Origin: an uncultured Candidatus Entotheonella sp.
GTDB taxonomy: Bacteria; Tectomicrobia; Entotheonellia; Entotheonellales; Entotheonellaceae
NCBI GenBank assembly: GCA_965215335.1
Contig: CBDCDA010000001.1
Coordinates: 384,001 to 448,000, forward strand
Length of the DNA stretch: 64,000 nt
Direction: 5' to 3'
In this document: one piece after another, positions 37,980 to 48,798 of the stretch
Numbering within the stretch: position 1 is the stretch's first letter
Layout of the letters: each line of letters starts with the position of its first letter
Notes under the pieces: model-generated
Databases searched by the model: none
What the model was told of the DNA's origin: nothing
The model's input: only the letters and a program-made list of their open reading frames with translations
Translations under genes and position numbers: made by a program

Positions 37980-38420
37980 TCAGGGTTGCCAGCGGGCGAC
38001 CGTCTCGATGGCTTCGCCGAGTGGAGCGAGGAAGCGCACGTCGCGGCGCGACGTGCCACAGGTGAGGCAGGTCCAGCGCGGCAGCAGGCCCCGGCGCCAG
38101 CGCACCCCGGCGGTGCGGCGGTTGCACGTCCGGCAATGGCCCGGCACGGTGCCGAAGAGCCAGCCACAGGTCCAGCATACCCATTTGCTGGCGATGCCGG
38201 CAGCATCCCGCACCAGCGCGCCCTCGGTGCGGCGGCGGCAGACCCGGCAATGGGCGTGCCGCCAGCTGGTGACGCGCCAATCCATGAAGCGGCTCTGGCC
38301 GCAGCCGGCGCATTCCCAGATCATGACGGGCTTTTCGAGATTGGGGATGCGGCGCCAGGTGGTCTGGTGGCCGCATGGCTCGCAGTGGGCTTGCTGGGGT
38401 CTGAGGTCCGGCTCGTACAT
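37980..38420 (-). CDS. Hypothetical protein with three tandem zinc-ribbon-like repeats
   Basis: Six CxxC motifs arranged as three HCxxC..T...W.CxxCG units. Confidence 0.6.
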   Translation of the reverse strand: MYEPDLRPQQAHCEPCGHQTTWRRIPNLEKPVMIWECAGCGQSRFMDWRVTSWRHAHCRVCRRRTEGALVRDAAGIASKWVCWTCGWLFGTVPGHCRTCNRRTAGVRWRRGLLPRWTCLTCGTSRRDVRFLAPLGEAIETVARWQP

Positions 38421-38505
38421 CCGGGCTGCCTGTTGGCGCCGCGGTGCGGCGCCCTGACTATGGATCCGAAAGAAATGTTCCGTCGACGAGGCGAGGAGGC
38501 CGCCC

Positions 38506-39225
38506 ATGAGTCCGCATTATGCCCTGGTTACGGCTGGCGCGCAGGGGTTGGGACGGGCCATGGCGCGGCATCTGGGGCGCCATGGGTACGGCCTGTTCAT
38601 CCACTACCACACCGGCCGGGGAAATGCCGAGGCGCTGCAGGCCGAGGTCGCCGCGGCGGGCGGCGAGGCGGTTTGCGTGCAGGCCGACCTGTCACGCGCC
38701 GCGGGCCGTGAGGCCCTGGTGGCGGAAATCGCCGACCGCACACCGGCGTTGCACGTCCTGATCAACAATCTCGGCTGGTATTTCATGGAGCGACTGCCCG
38801 ACATCACCCTGGCGCAGTGGGAGCAGGCCCTCAGCCTCAACTGCACGGTGGCCTTTCACCTGACGCAACTCGCGTTGCCCCTCATGGAAGCCGCCCGGCC
38901 GCCGGGGCGCATCATCAATATCGGCGATTCGGCCTGTGACCGCCTGGCCGCGCACGTCATGGCGACGCCCTACCACATCGCCAAGCTGGGCCTGCACGTG
39001 CTGACGCGCAGCTACGCGGAACTGCTCATGCCCAAGGGCATCACGGTCAACATGATCTCGCCGGGATTTCTGGAAAACAGCGTCGGCCGGCCGCCCGCCC
39101 GGCTGCCAGCCGGGCGCAAAGGGGCGTTCGCCGACGTGCTCGGCGCCCTGGATTACCTCCTCTCCGAGCAGGCCGCCTACGTGTCGGGAACCAATCTGCT
39201 GGTGACCGGCGCCTGGCAGCTATGA
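38506..39225 (+). CDS. SDR family oxidoreductase (pteridine-reductase-like)
   Basis: VTAGAQGLG, IHYH, INN, YHIAK, VNMISPG. GAGGAGG RBS. Confidence 0.85.
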   Translation: MSPHYALVTAGAQGLGRAMARHLGRHGYGLFIHYHTGRGNAEALQAEVAAAGGEAVCVQADLSRAAGREALVAEIADRTPALHVLINNLGWYFMERLPDITLAQWEQALSLNCTVAFHLTQLALPLMEAARPPGRIINIGDSACDRLAAHVMATPYHIAKLGLHVLTRSYAELLMPKGITVNMISPGFLENSVGRPPARLPAGRKGAFADVLGALDYLLSEQAAYVSGTNLLVTGAWQL

Positions 39226-40200
39226 GCGCTGGCACAGGTAAACCCCTTCCTCTTGCGAATCAAGCACCCACGCCTGTCTGACGGCGAAGCCGGCGCCGCC
39301 GAGCACCTGCGGCAGCGCCACCGGCGTGAAGCGGTTCGAGAAGAACACCTCCAGCACCTCCCCCTTGCGAAAGGTGAACGATTCCTCGTAAAGCGCCAAG
39401 TGCACGTCTTGCAAGACGTGCGCGTCGACCTGGATGCGCCAGACGTGGCCATCCTCGCGCAGCGGCTGCGCCTGCACCGCCAGCCGCTGGTCGGCACCCG
39501 CAAGGCCCAGGCTGTCGAGCAGTCCGGCGAACCAGGCGCGGGCCAGCGGGTTGTCGTACTGCGGCAGGATGCGTTGCGCCGCCGAGCCGCAGGGGCCGGG
39601 CGACAGGTTGGCGGAAAGCAGCAGCAGGTCGGCGGGCCGCATCAGACGCCGCAGATAGGACAGCAGGGCGGCGGGGTCGAAGTTCGGGATGATGCCGAAG
39701 CAGCCGAAGACGCGGCAGGCGCCGACGGCTTCCTGTTGTGCCAGCCAGGGGGTCAGGTCGGGTTCCGCTGCCAGGTCGACGACCAGCGGCGAGGCGCCCA
39801 GGGTGGGGAACGCCGCTTGCAGGCGCAGCATCGTTTCCAGCACCAGCGCGGCGCTGGTATCCGTGGGGCTGACGTGCAGGGCACCGCCGCGGTCCAGGGC
39901 GTGGCGCACGAACAGGGCGTCCTTGTTGCCGCCGCCGCATCCCAGACTGACGTAGTGCAGGGGCCGTTCGTGCAGGGCGAGACGAATGGCGGCGTCGAAG
40001 GCTTGCTCGTACAGCGCCAACAGCTCCGGTTCGGTGCGCGACGGCGAGCAGGCCTGGTGGTAGGCCAGCCAACGCTGCGCCTGTGCCGGCGAGTCGTACA
40101 ACAGCCGCCCCGGCAGCTTGCGGGCGCACAGTCCCTTCCGGCACTGCATGGCCAGCTGCTCGGGATACTGGGATTCGTGAAACGTGAGGGTCACGGGCAT
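39220..40200 (-). CDS. SAM-dependent methyltransferase of the L-histidine N-alpha-methyltransferase (EgtD-like) family
   Basis: R.LP.RLLYDS, SLGCGGGNKD, FG.IPNF.P, YDNP, and the F..GE.L..F.S.RFT C-terminus. Confidence 0.7.
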   Translation of the reverse strand: MPVTLTFHESQYPEQLAMQCRKGLCARKLPGRLLYDSPAQAQRWLAYHQACSPSRTEPELLALYEQAFDAAIRLALHERPLHYVSLGCGGGNKDALFVRHALDRGGALHVSPTDTSAALVLETMLRLQAAFPTLGASPLVVDLAAEPDLTPWLAQQEAVGACRVFGCFGIIPNFDPAALLSYLRRLMRPADLLLLSANLSPGPCGSAAQRILPQYDNPLARAWFAGLLDSLGLAGADQRLAVQAQPLREDGHVWRIQVDAHVLQDVHLALYEESFTFRKGEVLEVFFSNRFTPVALPQVLGGAGFAVRQAWVLDSQEEGVYLCQRS

Positions 40201-40253
40201 GCGGGGGTACTCCCCAAAGATCACAGAAACTTCATCCGTGTGAACCATCATGG

Positions 40254-40272
40254 ATACATTTTTATCATTATC
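40254..40272 (-). promoter_or_regulatory. AT-rich promoter / Fur-box-like site upstream of the EgtD-like gene
   Basis: Minus strand GATAATGATAAAAATGTAT matches 13 of 19 positions of the classical Fur consensus. It could simply be a -10 element. Confidence 0.3.
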
Positions 40273-40490
40273 AAATGCAGGATGTACACTTCTCGGGGCG
40301 TCTCCCCGGGTCTGGGGATCATCGCCACACGCTGCGAACTCGCCCGCGGCGACCCACAGGCCGCCGCGGTACCGGGCTCTGCCGACGGGCTTCCCTTTTC
40401 CCTTGACACCCCGCACGCCTTCTCCTACGTTACCGCTGCCGCAAGCCCCGGTGGGGGATCGACTTCCCGACGAGCGTAAAGAAAAGGCCC

Positions 40491-40625
40491 ATGGCAACCC
40501 TCGTCTTCGACACCCATGCCTTTGTGAAGCAACCTGCCGAGGCCGGCATGCCCGAACCGCAGGCAGAAGTACTGGCGCGGACACAAGCGGCGCTGATTGA
40601 TGAACGATTGGCCATCAAAGAAGAA
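40491..40625 (+). pseudogene. DUF1640/CCDC90-like protein N-terminal remnant
   Basis: MATLVFDTHAFVKQ..EAGMPEPQAEVL...ERLA.KE, after which similarity is lost. Confidence 0.6.
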
Positions 40626-40702
40626 GTGACGGACCGGATATCTCCAGCGCCCGGTTCATCCCGCAGACCACCGCACCTCTACCGGCTGAGAAAGGGGCCA
40701 GC

Positions 40703-41482
40703 ATGACCGGCGAATGCCACCTCGACATCCGAGGCGTTTCGAAGCATTTCGGCGGGGTGCAGGCCATCGGCAACGTCAGCTTGCAGGTGAAGCGGGGGGA
40801 AATCGTCTCGGTGATCGGCCCCAATGGTGCCGGCAAGACGACGCTTCTGAACATGATCAGTGGCTTTTACCATCCCGACAGCGGTTCCATTCTCCTCGCC
40901 GACCGCGACATCTCACGTTTTTCCCCCAGCCGCATCGCCACCCTGGGCGTCGCCCGAACCTTCCAGAACATCGCGTTGTTTCGCGGCATGACGGTGCTCG
41001 ACAACCTCATGCTGGGGCGCCACGTCCACATGCGCACCGGCGCGCTGAGCGCCATGTTGCGCTTCGGGCCGGCCTTGCGCGAAGAGGTGCGACAGCGCGC
41101 GGTGGTCGAGGACGTCATCGAGTTTCTCGACATCCAGCCGTTGCGCAAACAGCCGGCGGGGGCGCTGGCCTACGGCCTGCAGAAGCGCGTCGAGCTCGGT
41201 CGCGCTCTGGCGGCGCACCCGCAGGTGCTGCTGCTCGATGAGCCGATGGGCGGCATGAACATAGAGGAAAAGGAGGACATGGCGCGCTTCATCCTGGATG
41301 TGAACGACGAATGGGGCGCCACGATCGTATTGATCGAGCACGACATGGGGGTGGTCATGGACATTTCCGATCGGGTCGTCGTTCTCGACCTGGGACAGAA
41401 AATCGCCGCCGGCACACCGGACGAGGTCCGGGAAGCGCCGGAAGTCATCAAAGCCTATCTGGGGACCCAGGCCGCGCGCTGA
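40703..41482 (+). CDS. Branched-chain-amino-acid-type ABC ATP-binding protein (LivG-like)
   Basis: GPNGAGKT, ARTFQN, LAYGLQKRVE, LLDEP, IEHDM. Confidence 0.93.
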   Translation: MTGECHLDIRGVSKHFGGVQAIGNVSLQVKRGEIVSVIGPNGAGKTTLLNMISGFYHPDSGSILLADRDISRFSPSRIATLGVARTFQNIALFRGMTVLDNLMLGRHVHMRTGALSAMLRFGPALREEVRQRAVVEDVIEFLDIQPLRKQPAGALAYGLQKRVELGRALAAHPQVLLLDEPMGGMNIEEKEDMARFILDVNDEWGATIVLIEHDMGVVMDISDRVVVLDLGQKIAAGTPDEVREAPEVIKAYLGTQAAR

Positions 41483-41525
41483 CTCAGGCCGCGCGCATCG
41501 ACAACCGCACCGTGAGAAAGAGACG

Positions 41526-43436
41526 ATGGCCGCGACGACCCTGCCGCACTACCTGCTGCACAACGCCCGCGAGTTTCCCCACCAGGTGGCCATGCGGGAA
41601 AAGGAGAAGGGTATCTGGCAGCAGTGGACCTGGCGCCAGTACCTCGACGAGGTGCGCGACCTGGCCCTTGGACTCACCGCATTGGGGTTCGAGCGGGGCG
41701 GCAAGCTGGCCATCCTGAGCGACAACCGGCCGCAGGTCTATTGGGCCATGGTGGCCGTGCAGGCACTCGGCGGCATGCCGGTGCCGCTGTACCAGGATTC
41801 CATCAGCCGGCAGCTGGCCTACGTCATCGACCACTCGGACGCCGCCATGGTGCTGGCCGAGGATCAGGAGCAGGTGGACAAGGTCCTGGAGCTGAAGGAC
41901 CGCCTGTCCAAGGTGCGCCGGGTGCTCTACGATGACCCCAGGGGCATGCGGCATTACGCTGATCCGTGGCTGACCAGCTTCATCGCCGTCCAGGAAAAGG
42001 GTCGTGAGCTGGGCCGGCAACAGCCGCAGCTTTTCGACGAGCACGTGTCGGCAGGACGAACCGACGACGGCGCGCTGATCTGCTACACCTCCGGCACGAC
42101 CGGGCAGCCCAAGGGCGCCATGCTGTCGCATGCCAACCTGATCACCGCGGTCGAGGGCATGCAGACCGTCGAGCCTTACTATCCCACCGACGAAACGCTG
42201 GCCTACCTGCCGCCCGCCTGGGTCGGCGATACCTTCTGGTCGCTGGCCGGCGCCCTGATGACGGGATGCCGGGTGAATTGCCCGGAACGCCCGGAGACGG
42301 TGCAGGCGAACATCCGGGAGATCGCCCCGCATTTCCTGGTGGCGCCGCCGCGCATCTGGGAGAATCTCGTCTCCGAGGTGCGCACCCGTATCGACGACGC
42401 CTCGTTTGTGAAGCGATGGCTGTTCCACAAGCTCATGCCGATCGGCGAGGACGTGGCCCGCAAGCGCATGGAGAAGGCGCCGGTGGGCGCCCTGCAGAAG
42501 GGCCTGCACAGGCTGGCGGAGTTCTTCGTTTTCGGCCCCCTGCGTGATCATCTCGGCTTTCGTCGCATCCGCTCGGCCTACACCGGCGGCGCGCCGCTCG
42601 GCCCGGAGACCTTCCTGTTTTTTCGCGCCCTCGGCATCAACCTCAAGCAGGTGTACGGCCAAACGGAATCCGGCGTGACCTGCGTGCAGCGCGATGACGA
42701 CGTGTCCCTGGGTACCGTCGGCAGACCGTTTCCCAACGTCGAGATGGCGGTGTCCGACGACGGCGAGGTGCTGGTGAACGGCCCGATGATCTTCAAGGGC
42801 TACTACAAGGACGAGGCTGCCACCGCCGCCGCCCTCAGGGACGGCTGGCTGTATTCGGGCGATGCCGGGTTCATCGACCCGAACGATCACCTGGTGGTCA
42901 TCGACCGCGCCAAGGACGTGACGGCGTTGACCGACGGCACCCGCTTCGCCCCGCAATTCATCGAGAACAAGCTGAAGTTCAGCCCGTACATCAAGGAGGC
43001 GGTGTCGTTCGGCCAGGACCGGCCGTACGTCGCCGTCATGGTTGATATCGACATGGAGAACGTCGGGCACTGGGCGGAAAAGAATCGCCTGGCGTACACC
43101 ACCTATACCGATCTGGCGCAAAAGCCCGAGATCTACGATCTCATCGGACTGGAGGTCGACCGCGTGAATCGCGACCTGCCCGGATCGACCCGTATCCGGC
43201 GCTTCGTGCTGCTGCACAAGGAGCTGGACGCCGACGACGAGGAGATCACCCGCACGCGCAAGGTGCGCCGCGGGCTGGTGGCGGAACGATACGCCGACAT
43301 CATTGCCGCCCTGTTCGCCGAGGCGGTCTCGACGGTGCCGGTAACTTCGGTCATCACGTATCAGGACGGGCGTCAGGCCACCCTGGAGACCACGCTGGCG
43401 ATTCGTGACGTCGGCAACGTTGTGGCCGAGGCATAG
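41526..43436 (+). CDS. Long-chain acyl-CoA synthetase / AMP-binding protein
   Basis: YTSGTTGQPKG, YGQTE, GWLYSGDAG, IDRAKD. Confidence 0.92.
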   Translation: MAATTLPHYLLHNAREFPHQVAMREKEKGIWQQWTWRQYLDEVRDLALGLTALGFERGGKLAILSDNRPQVYWAMVAVQALGGMPVPLYQDSISRQLAYVIDHSDAAMVLAEDQEQVDKVLELKDRLSKVRRVLYDDPRGMRHYADPWLTSFIAVQEKGRELGRQQPQLFDEHVSAGRTDDGALICYTSGTTGQPKGAMLSHANLITAVEGMQTVEPYYPTDETLAYLPPAWVGDTFWSLAGALMTGCRVNCPERPETVQANIREIAPHFLVAPPRIWENLVSEVRTRIDDASFVKRWLFHKLMPIGEDVARKRMEKAPVGALQKGLHRLAEFFVFGPLRDHLGFRRIRSAYTGGAPLGPETFLFFRALGINLKQVYGQTESGVTCVQRDDDVSLGTVGRPFPNVEMAVSDDGEVLVNGPMIFKGYYKDEAATAAALRDGWLYSGDAGFIDPNDHLVVIDRAKDVTALTDGTRFAPQFIENKLKFSPYIKEAVSFGQDRPYVAVMVDIDMENVGHWAEKNRLAYTTYTDLAQKPEIYDLIGLEVDRVNRDLPGSTRIRRFVLLHKELDADDEEITRTRKVRRGLVAERYADIIAALFAEAVSTVPVTSVITYQDGRQATLETTLAIRDVGNVVAEA

Positions 43437-43447
43437 GGGAGGGGGAC

Positions 43448-44332
43448 GTGGAATTCCTGTTCGATCTGACCGCCAACGGCCTGCTGGTGGGGCTCATGTA
43501 CGCCCTGGTGGCGCTGGGCTTCGTGCTCATATACAAGGCCACCAGCGTCATCAACTTTGCGCAGGGCGACCTGCTGATGCTTGCCGGCTATGCCGCCGCG
43601 GTGATGACCGGCGGGCACGGCATGCCCCTGTGGGCCATGGTGCTGGTGTTGTGTGCCGGCATGGTGGTGCTGGGCTTCGTGCTGGAGCGCGGCATCCTTC
43701 GCCCGATGGTCGGGCAGCCGGTGGTGTCGGTCATCATGGTGACCATCGGCCTGAGCTTCGTGCTGCAGGGGCTGGTTACGATCGTATGGGGCGCCAACAC
43801 GCGAGAGTTGGCCCTGCCGGTTCGGTTTGATCCGTACATCGTCGGACCCGTTTACATCTCGCCGATCAACCTGGTGGCCGCCGTCATCGCCATTTTGTTC
43901 CTGGTTGCCTTCGGCGTGTTCTTCACGCGCAGCCGCTTGGGGGTGGCCATGCGGGCGGTGGCCGACGACCAGCAGGCGTCGATGGTGGTGGGCATCAAGG
44001 TGCCACGCGTGTTCGCGCTGTCGTGGGCCATCGCCGGGCTGGCGGCTGCCGCGGGCGGCATCATCTGGGGCAACCAGATCGGCGTGGACACCTTCCTGGC
44101 CCTGGTCGGCCTCAAGGTCTTTCCGGTGGTCATTCTCGGTGGCCTGGACAGTATCGGTGGCGCCATCATCGGCGGCTTGCTCATGGGCGTCATCGAGAGC
44201 CTGGCGGCCGGTTACCTCGACCCCCTGGTGGGTGGCGGCACGAAGGATTTTGTTCCCTACGTGCTGATGATCCTGGTGCTGTTCGTGCGGCCATACGGCC
44301 TTTTCGGCCACGAGACGATCGAGCGGGTGTAG
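43448..44332 (+). CDS. ABC permease (LivH-like)
   Basis: YALVALGFVLIY....INFAQG, GVAMRAVAD, VILGGL.S, RPYGLFG. Confidence 0.92.
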   Translation: MEFLFDLTANGLLVGLMYALVALGFVLIYKATSVINFAQGDLLMLAGYAAAVMTGGHGMPLWAMVLVLCAGMVVLGFVLERGILRPMVGQPVVSVIMVTIGLSFVLQGLVTIVWGANTRELALPVRFDPYIVGPVYISPINLVAAVIAILFLVAFGVFFTRSRLGVAMRAVADDQQASMVVGIKVPRVFALSWAIAGLAAAAGGIIWGNQIGVDTFLALVGLKVFPVVILGGLDSIGGAIIGGLLMGVIESLAAGYLDPLVGGGTKDFVPYVLMILVLFVRPYGLFGHETIERV

Positions 44333-44337
44333 GTAGA

Positions 44338-45420
44338 GTGATCAACCGGGAAGCGGGCGTATTCCAGACGAGCTACGAGGGCGACATGGCCCTCTACACG
44401 CTGCCGCTGGCCAGGAACACCACGCGGGTGGTGGTGGCGTTGCTGGTGCTGCTGCCCGTCCCGCTGATGATGGCGAACAACGAGCACCTGATGAGCATCG
44501 TCACCACCATCGCCCTGGCCGCCATCGGCGCCATCGGCCTGAACCTCCTGGTCGGCTATACCGGTCAGATCTCCATCGGTCAGGGCGCCTTCATGATGGT
44601 CGGGGGATACACCGCCGCCATCCTGTCGAGCCGCTACGGCATGCCGTTCTGGTTCGGCATCCTGGCGGGCGGCTGCACGACCGCTCTGGTCGGCGTTCTG
44701 TTCGGCATTCCGTCCCTGCGCATCAAGGGCCTGTACCTGGCCATCGCCACCCTGGCGGCACAGCTCATCATCGAGTGGACCATCAACCACGTGCCGTGGA
44801 TCAGTGGCGGCACGCAGTCCTCCATCTACGTCGACAACCCGGTGCTGTTCGGCTTCGAGTTCAACACCGAATTCCGGCGCTATTACCTGGTGCTGGTGGT
44901 CTTCCTGCTGGCCTTCTTCGGAGCCCAGAACCTGGTGCGGTCGCGCATCGGGCGCGCCTTCATCGCCATCCGCGACCGCGACATCGCGGCGCAGATCATT
45001 GGCGTCAACCTCTTTCGCTACAAGCTTCTGGCCTTTGCCGTCAGTTCGTTCTACGCTGGCGTCGCGGGGGCGCTGTGGACCTACTACCTGCGCATCGCCA
45101 ACTACGAGAATTTTGTTCTGGTGGTGTCGATCGAATACCTCGCGATGATCATCATCGGCGGCTTGGGCAGCGTCCTGGGAGCGGTCTTCGGGGCCATTTT
45201 CATCAAGCTGTTCCCCATCGCCCTGGACCTGACGGTGGTGAGCGTTTCAGAGGGCGTTTTCGGCATTCCATACCAGGACGTGGCCAATTTCCTGGCCAAC
45301 ATGCAGTTGTTCCTGTTCGGCGCCTTGATCATCTTTTTCCTCACCGTCGAGCCGGAGGGGCTGGCTCGCATGTGGGAGCACGTCAAACGGTATTTCCGAT
45401 TGTGGCCCTACTCGTACTGA
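44338..45420 (+). CDS. ABC permease (LivM-like)
   Basis: GLNLLVGYTGQISIG, LRIKGLYLAIATL, GRAFIAIRD, IIGGLGS, EPEGL. GTG start at 44338. Confidence 0.9.
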   Translation: MINREAGVFQTSYEGDMALYTLPLARNTTRVVVALLVLLPVPLMMANNEHLMSIVTTIALAAIGAIGLNLLVGYTGQISIGQGAFMMVGGYTAAILSSRYGMPFWFGILAGGCTTALVGVLFGIPSLRIKGLYLAIATLAAQLIIEWTINHVPWISGGTQSSIYVDNPVLFGFEFNTEFRRYYLVLVVFLLAFFGAQNLVRSRIGRAFIAIRDRDIAAQIIGVNLFRYKLLAFAVSSFYAGVAGALWTYYLRIANYENFVLVVSIEYLAMIIIGGLGSVLGAVFGAIFIKLFPIALDLTVVSVSEGVFGIPYQDVANFLANMQLFLFGALIIFFLTVEPEGLARMWEHVKRYFRLWPYSY

Positions 45421-45482
45421 GGCGCTGGGTCGGAGAGGGTAGGTCACGTCGGGCAAACCTGCTTGCAGAGAGGAGAGCTTCC

Positions 45483-46722
45483 ATGCAGTCGCGTTGCGCT
45501 ACGAAACGGCTCGGTGTTTTGGGGGTGCTGGCGGTACTGCTCGGCGCGGGGGGACTGTTGTCGGCTGGCGCCGATGAGATCGTGGTAGGCGGGCAGTGCG
45601 ACCGCACCGGCCCGACGAAGTTCATCGGCACGCTGCTGTGCCCCGGCGCCAACGACTACATCAGGCTGGTCAACAAGAAGGGTGGCATCGATGGGCATAC
45701 GGTGCGCTACATCGAGGTGGAGCATGCCTACAAGGTCGATCGCGGCGTCGAGGCTTACGAACGCATCAAGCGCGAGGGGGGGGGTGGCGACGGTTGATTA
45801 CGGTACGCCGATCGTGTACGCGCTGACGCCGCGGCACATGGAAGACAGGATTCCGGGCCTGACGCCGGGATTCGGGCGCGCCGATGCGGCGGACGGGGAG
45901 CGTTTCCCGTATATCTTCCCGGTGGCGGCCTCGTACTGGTCGCAGGCGGCGGCGGCGATGCAGTACATCAAGGACCAGGGGGCCGCGGCGGGCGCCAAGG
46001 TCGCGTATATCTACTACGACAATCCCGCCGGACGCGAGCCGCTGCCCATTGTCAGGCGCATCTGCGATCAGGAAGGCTACGGCTGCCGCGAGTTTGCGGT
46101 GCCGCCGCCGGGCGTCGAGATGGCCGCCGCGGTCCTGGACATCACGCGTCGCATGCGGGCCGAGTGGGTGGTCTCGCACCTGTTCGGCAAGGCGCCGGCC
46201 ATTTCCATCCGCGAGTTTCGCAAGAACGGCTTCCCGCTCAACAAGGTGGTCAGCCTGGTGTGGGGCGCCGGCGAGCTGGACATGATCGCCGCCGGCTGGA
46301 ACAACGCGCAGGGTTACCTGGGGATGCAGTTTGCCGGGGTCGGGCGCGATTTTCCCGTCATTCGCGAGATCATCGGCATGTATGAGGCAGAAGGACGGAC
46401 GGTGCCGGAGATGGTCGGTCAGGTGTACTACAACCGCGGCGTCTTCACCGCGGCGGTCATCGTCGAAGGGTTGCGTCTGGCGGTGGAGAACTTCGGCCTG
46501 CCAGTGACCGGAGAGAAGGTGAAGATGGGCTACGAGCGTATCACCGACTTCACCCTGGGCGGCTTCCTGCCGCCCCTCAGCGTCACCGCGCAGGATCACG
46601 AGGGCGGCGGCTGGGTGCGCATTTACGAGACCAAGGGCGAGGCCCTGGTGCCGCACACCGAATGGTTTCGGGGTTATCGCGACATCGTGATCGACGAGGT
46701 CAGAAAGGCGGCGGCGGAGTAG
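45483..46722 (+). pseudogene. ABC substrate-binding protein (Liv-type), split by a +1 frameshift in a G9 tract
   Basis: Signal peptide and DRTGPT...DY.RLVNKKGGIDG in one frame, continuing VDYGTP... in another. G9 at 45776-45784; G8 would fuse the frames. Confidence 0.85.
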
Positions 46723-46750
46723 GGCGCACGAGCGGGGGGCCTGTCCGGCC

Positions 46751-47545
<795 letters not shown>

Positions 47546-47663
47546 CCGGCGCTTGCGGCGCGTCGGGCGCAATTCGACTTGTCACCGTCGGGTCGGCGGC
47601 GTAGAGTAAGGTGCCTGTTTTTCCGAAGTTCTTATCTGTTGCCGGGACAAAAAGGATTCCACG

Positions 47664-48647
47664 ATGGTAACCGAAGCCACCCCCCTGGAGAGGCCGAAGG
47701 CGAGGGCCAGCCTTTGGCGACGCCTGCTCGCCTTCGGCGGTGCGGACGTGGCCACGGGCTACGCGTTCGTCTTGCCGGCCTTCGGCTGGATCGCCCTGCT
47801 GGTGGCGATGCCGTTCTGCATCGCGCTGGCCTACAGCGTCAGCAATGCCTGGATCGATACGGAATGGGTCTGGGCGGAATTCCTGGGCTTCCGAGAGGGG
47901 GAACTGGCGTTTGTGGGGCTGGACAATTTCATCGAGTTGTTCGGCGACGGTATCTTCCTGCAGACGCTGCAGAATTCCATTGTATTCTCGACCGCCTCGG
48001 TGGCCCTGAAAGCCGTCCTGGGCCTCACCCTGGCGCTGCTGCTGAACCGCACCCTGCGCTTCAACAAGGTCATCCGCGGGGCGCTGTTGCTGCCCTTCGT
48101 GGTGCCGACTGCCCTCAGCACCCTGGGGTGGTGGTGGATGTTCGACTCGCTGTACAGCGTCATCAACTGGACGCTGGTGCACCTCAATCTGGCGGAACGC
48201 GGCCCGGCGTGGTTGTCCAATCCGTATCTGGCCATGCTGTCCGTCATCATCGTCAACACCTGGCGCGGCCTGCCGTTCTTCGCCATCACGGTGCTGGCCG
48301 GTCTGGTGTCGATTCCCAACGAACTGTACGAGGCCGCCGAAACGGACGGCGCTGCGGCGCTGCGGCGCTTCTGGCACATCACGCTGCCGCTGCTGCGCCC
48401 GGTGCTGGCCGTCGTGGTGCTGTTCTCGACGATCTTCACGCTGGCCGAGTTCAACATCATCTTCGTGCTCACCCGGGGCGGCCCGGAAAACATGACGCAC
48501 CTCTTTTCCACCCTGTCGTACACCTACGGGCTGATCGGCGGGCAACTCGGGTCCGGTGCCGCCATCTCGTTGTTTCTGTTCCCCTTCATGCTGGTGATCG
48601 TCTACTTTCAGTTGAAGCTGATTCGCCGGGATACGACGTACGATTAG
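47664..48647 (+). CDS. Carbohydrate ABC transporter permease (MalF/UgpA type)
   Basis: FVGLDNF, LLLPFVVP, W...PF, and the EAA motif LYEAAETDGA. Confidence 0.92.
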   Translation: MVTEATPLERPKARASLWRRLLAFGGADVATGYAFVLPAFGWIALLVAMPFCIALAYSVSNAWIDTEWVWAEFLGFREGELAFVGLDNFIELFGDGIFLQTLQNSIVFSTASVALKAVLGLTLALLLNRTLRFNKVIRGALLLPFVVPTALSTLGWWWMFDSLYSVINWTLVHLNLAERGPAWLSNPYLAMLSVIIVNTWRGLPFFAITVLAGLVSIPNELYEAAETDGAAALRRFWHITLPLLRPVLAVVVLFSTIFTLAEFNIIFVLTRGGPENMTHLFSTLSYTYGLIGGQLGSGAAISLFLFPFMLVIVYFQLKLIRRDTTYD

Positions 48648-48676
48648 TGGGTCAGCGTGCCCGGGGAGGCAAGCTG

Positions 48677-48781
48677 ATGCCGTTGATTGACACGTCGGTA
48701 CTCGAGACCGACCTGCTTGACGGCGGCATGCCGGAGTCGCAAGCAGCGGCTTTGGTGTTTGGCAAGCTGTTCTTTACGTAA
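48677..48781 (+). pseudogene. Second DUF1640-like N-terminal remnant
   Basis: GGAGG RBS, then MPLIDTSVLETDLLDGGMPESQAAALV, resembling 40491 (DT....L..GMPE.QA..L). Confidence 0.35.
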
Positions 48782-48798
48782 GGGAAAGGAACCCCGGA

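Noticed and set aside
37821..37980. AT-rich gap with TTGATTTCAAAG, also present near 6064, as an att site or IS end
   Set aside because: Only a 12-bp match, with no integrase, tRNA or matching inverted end to support it.
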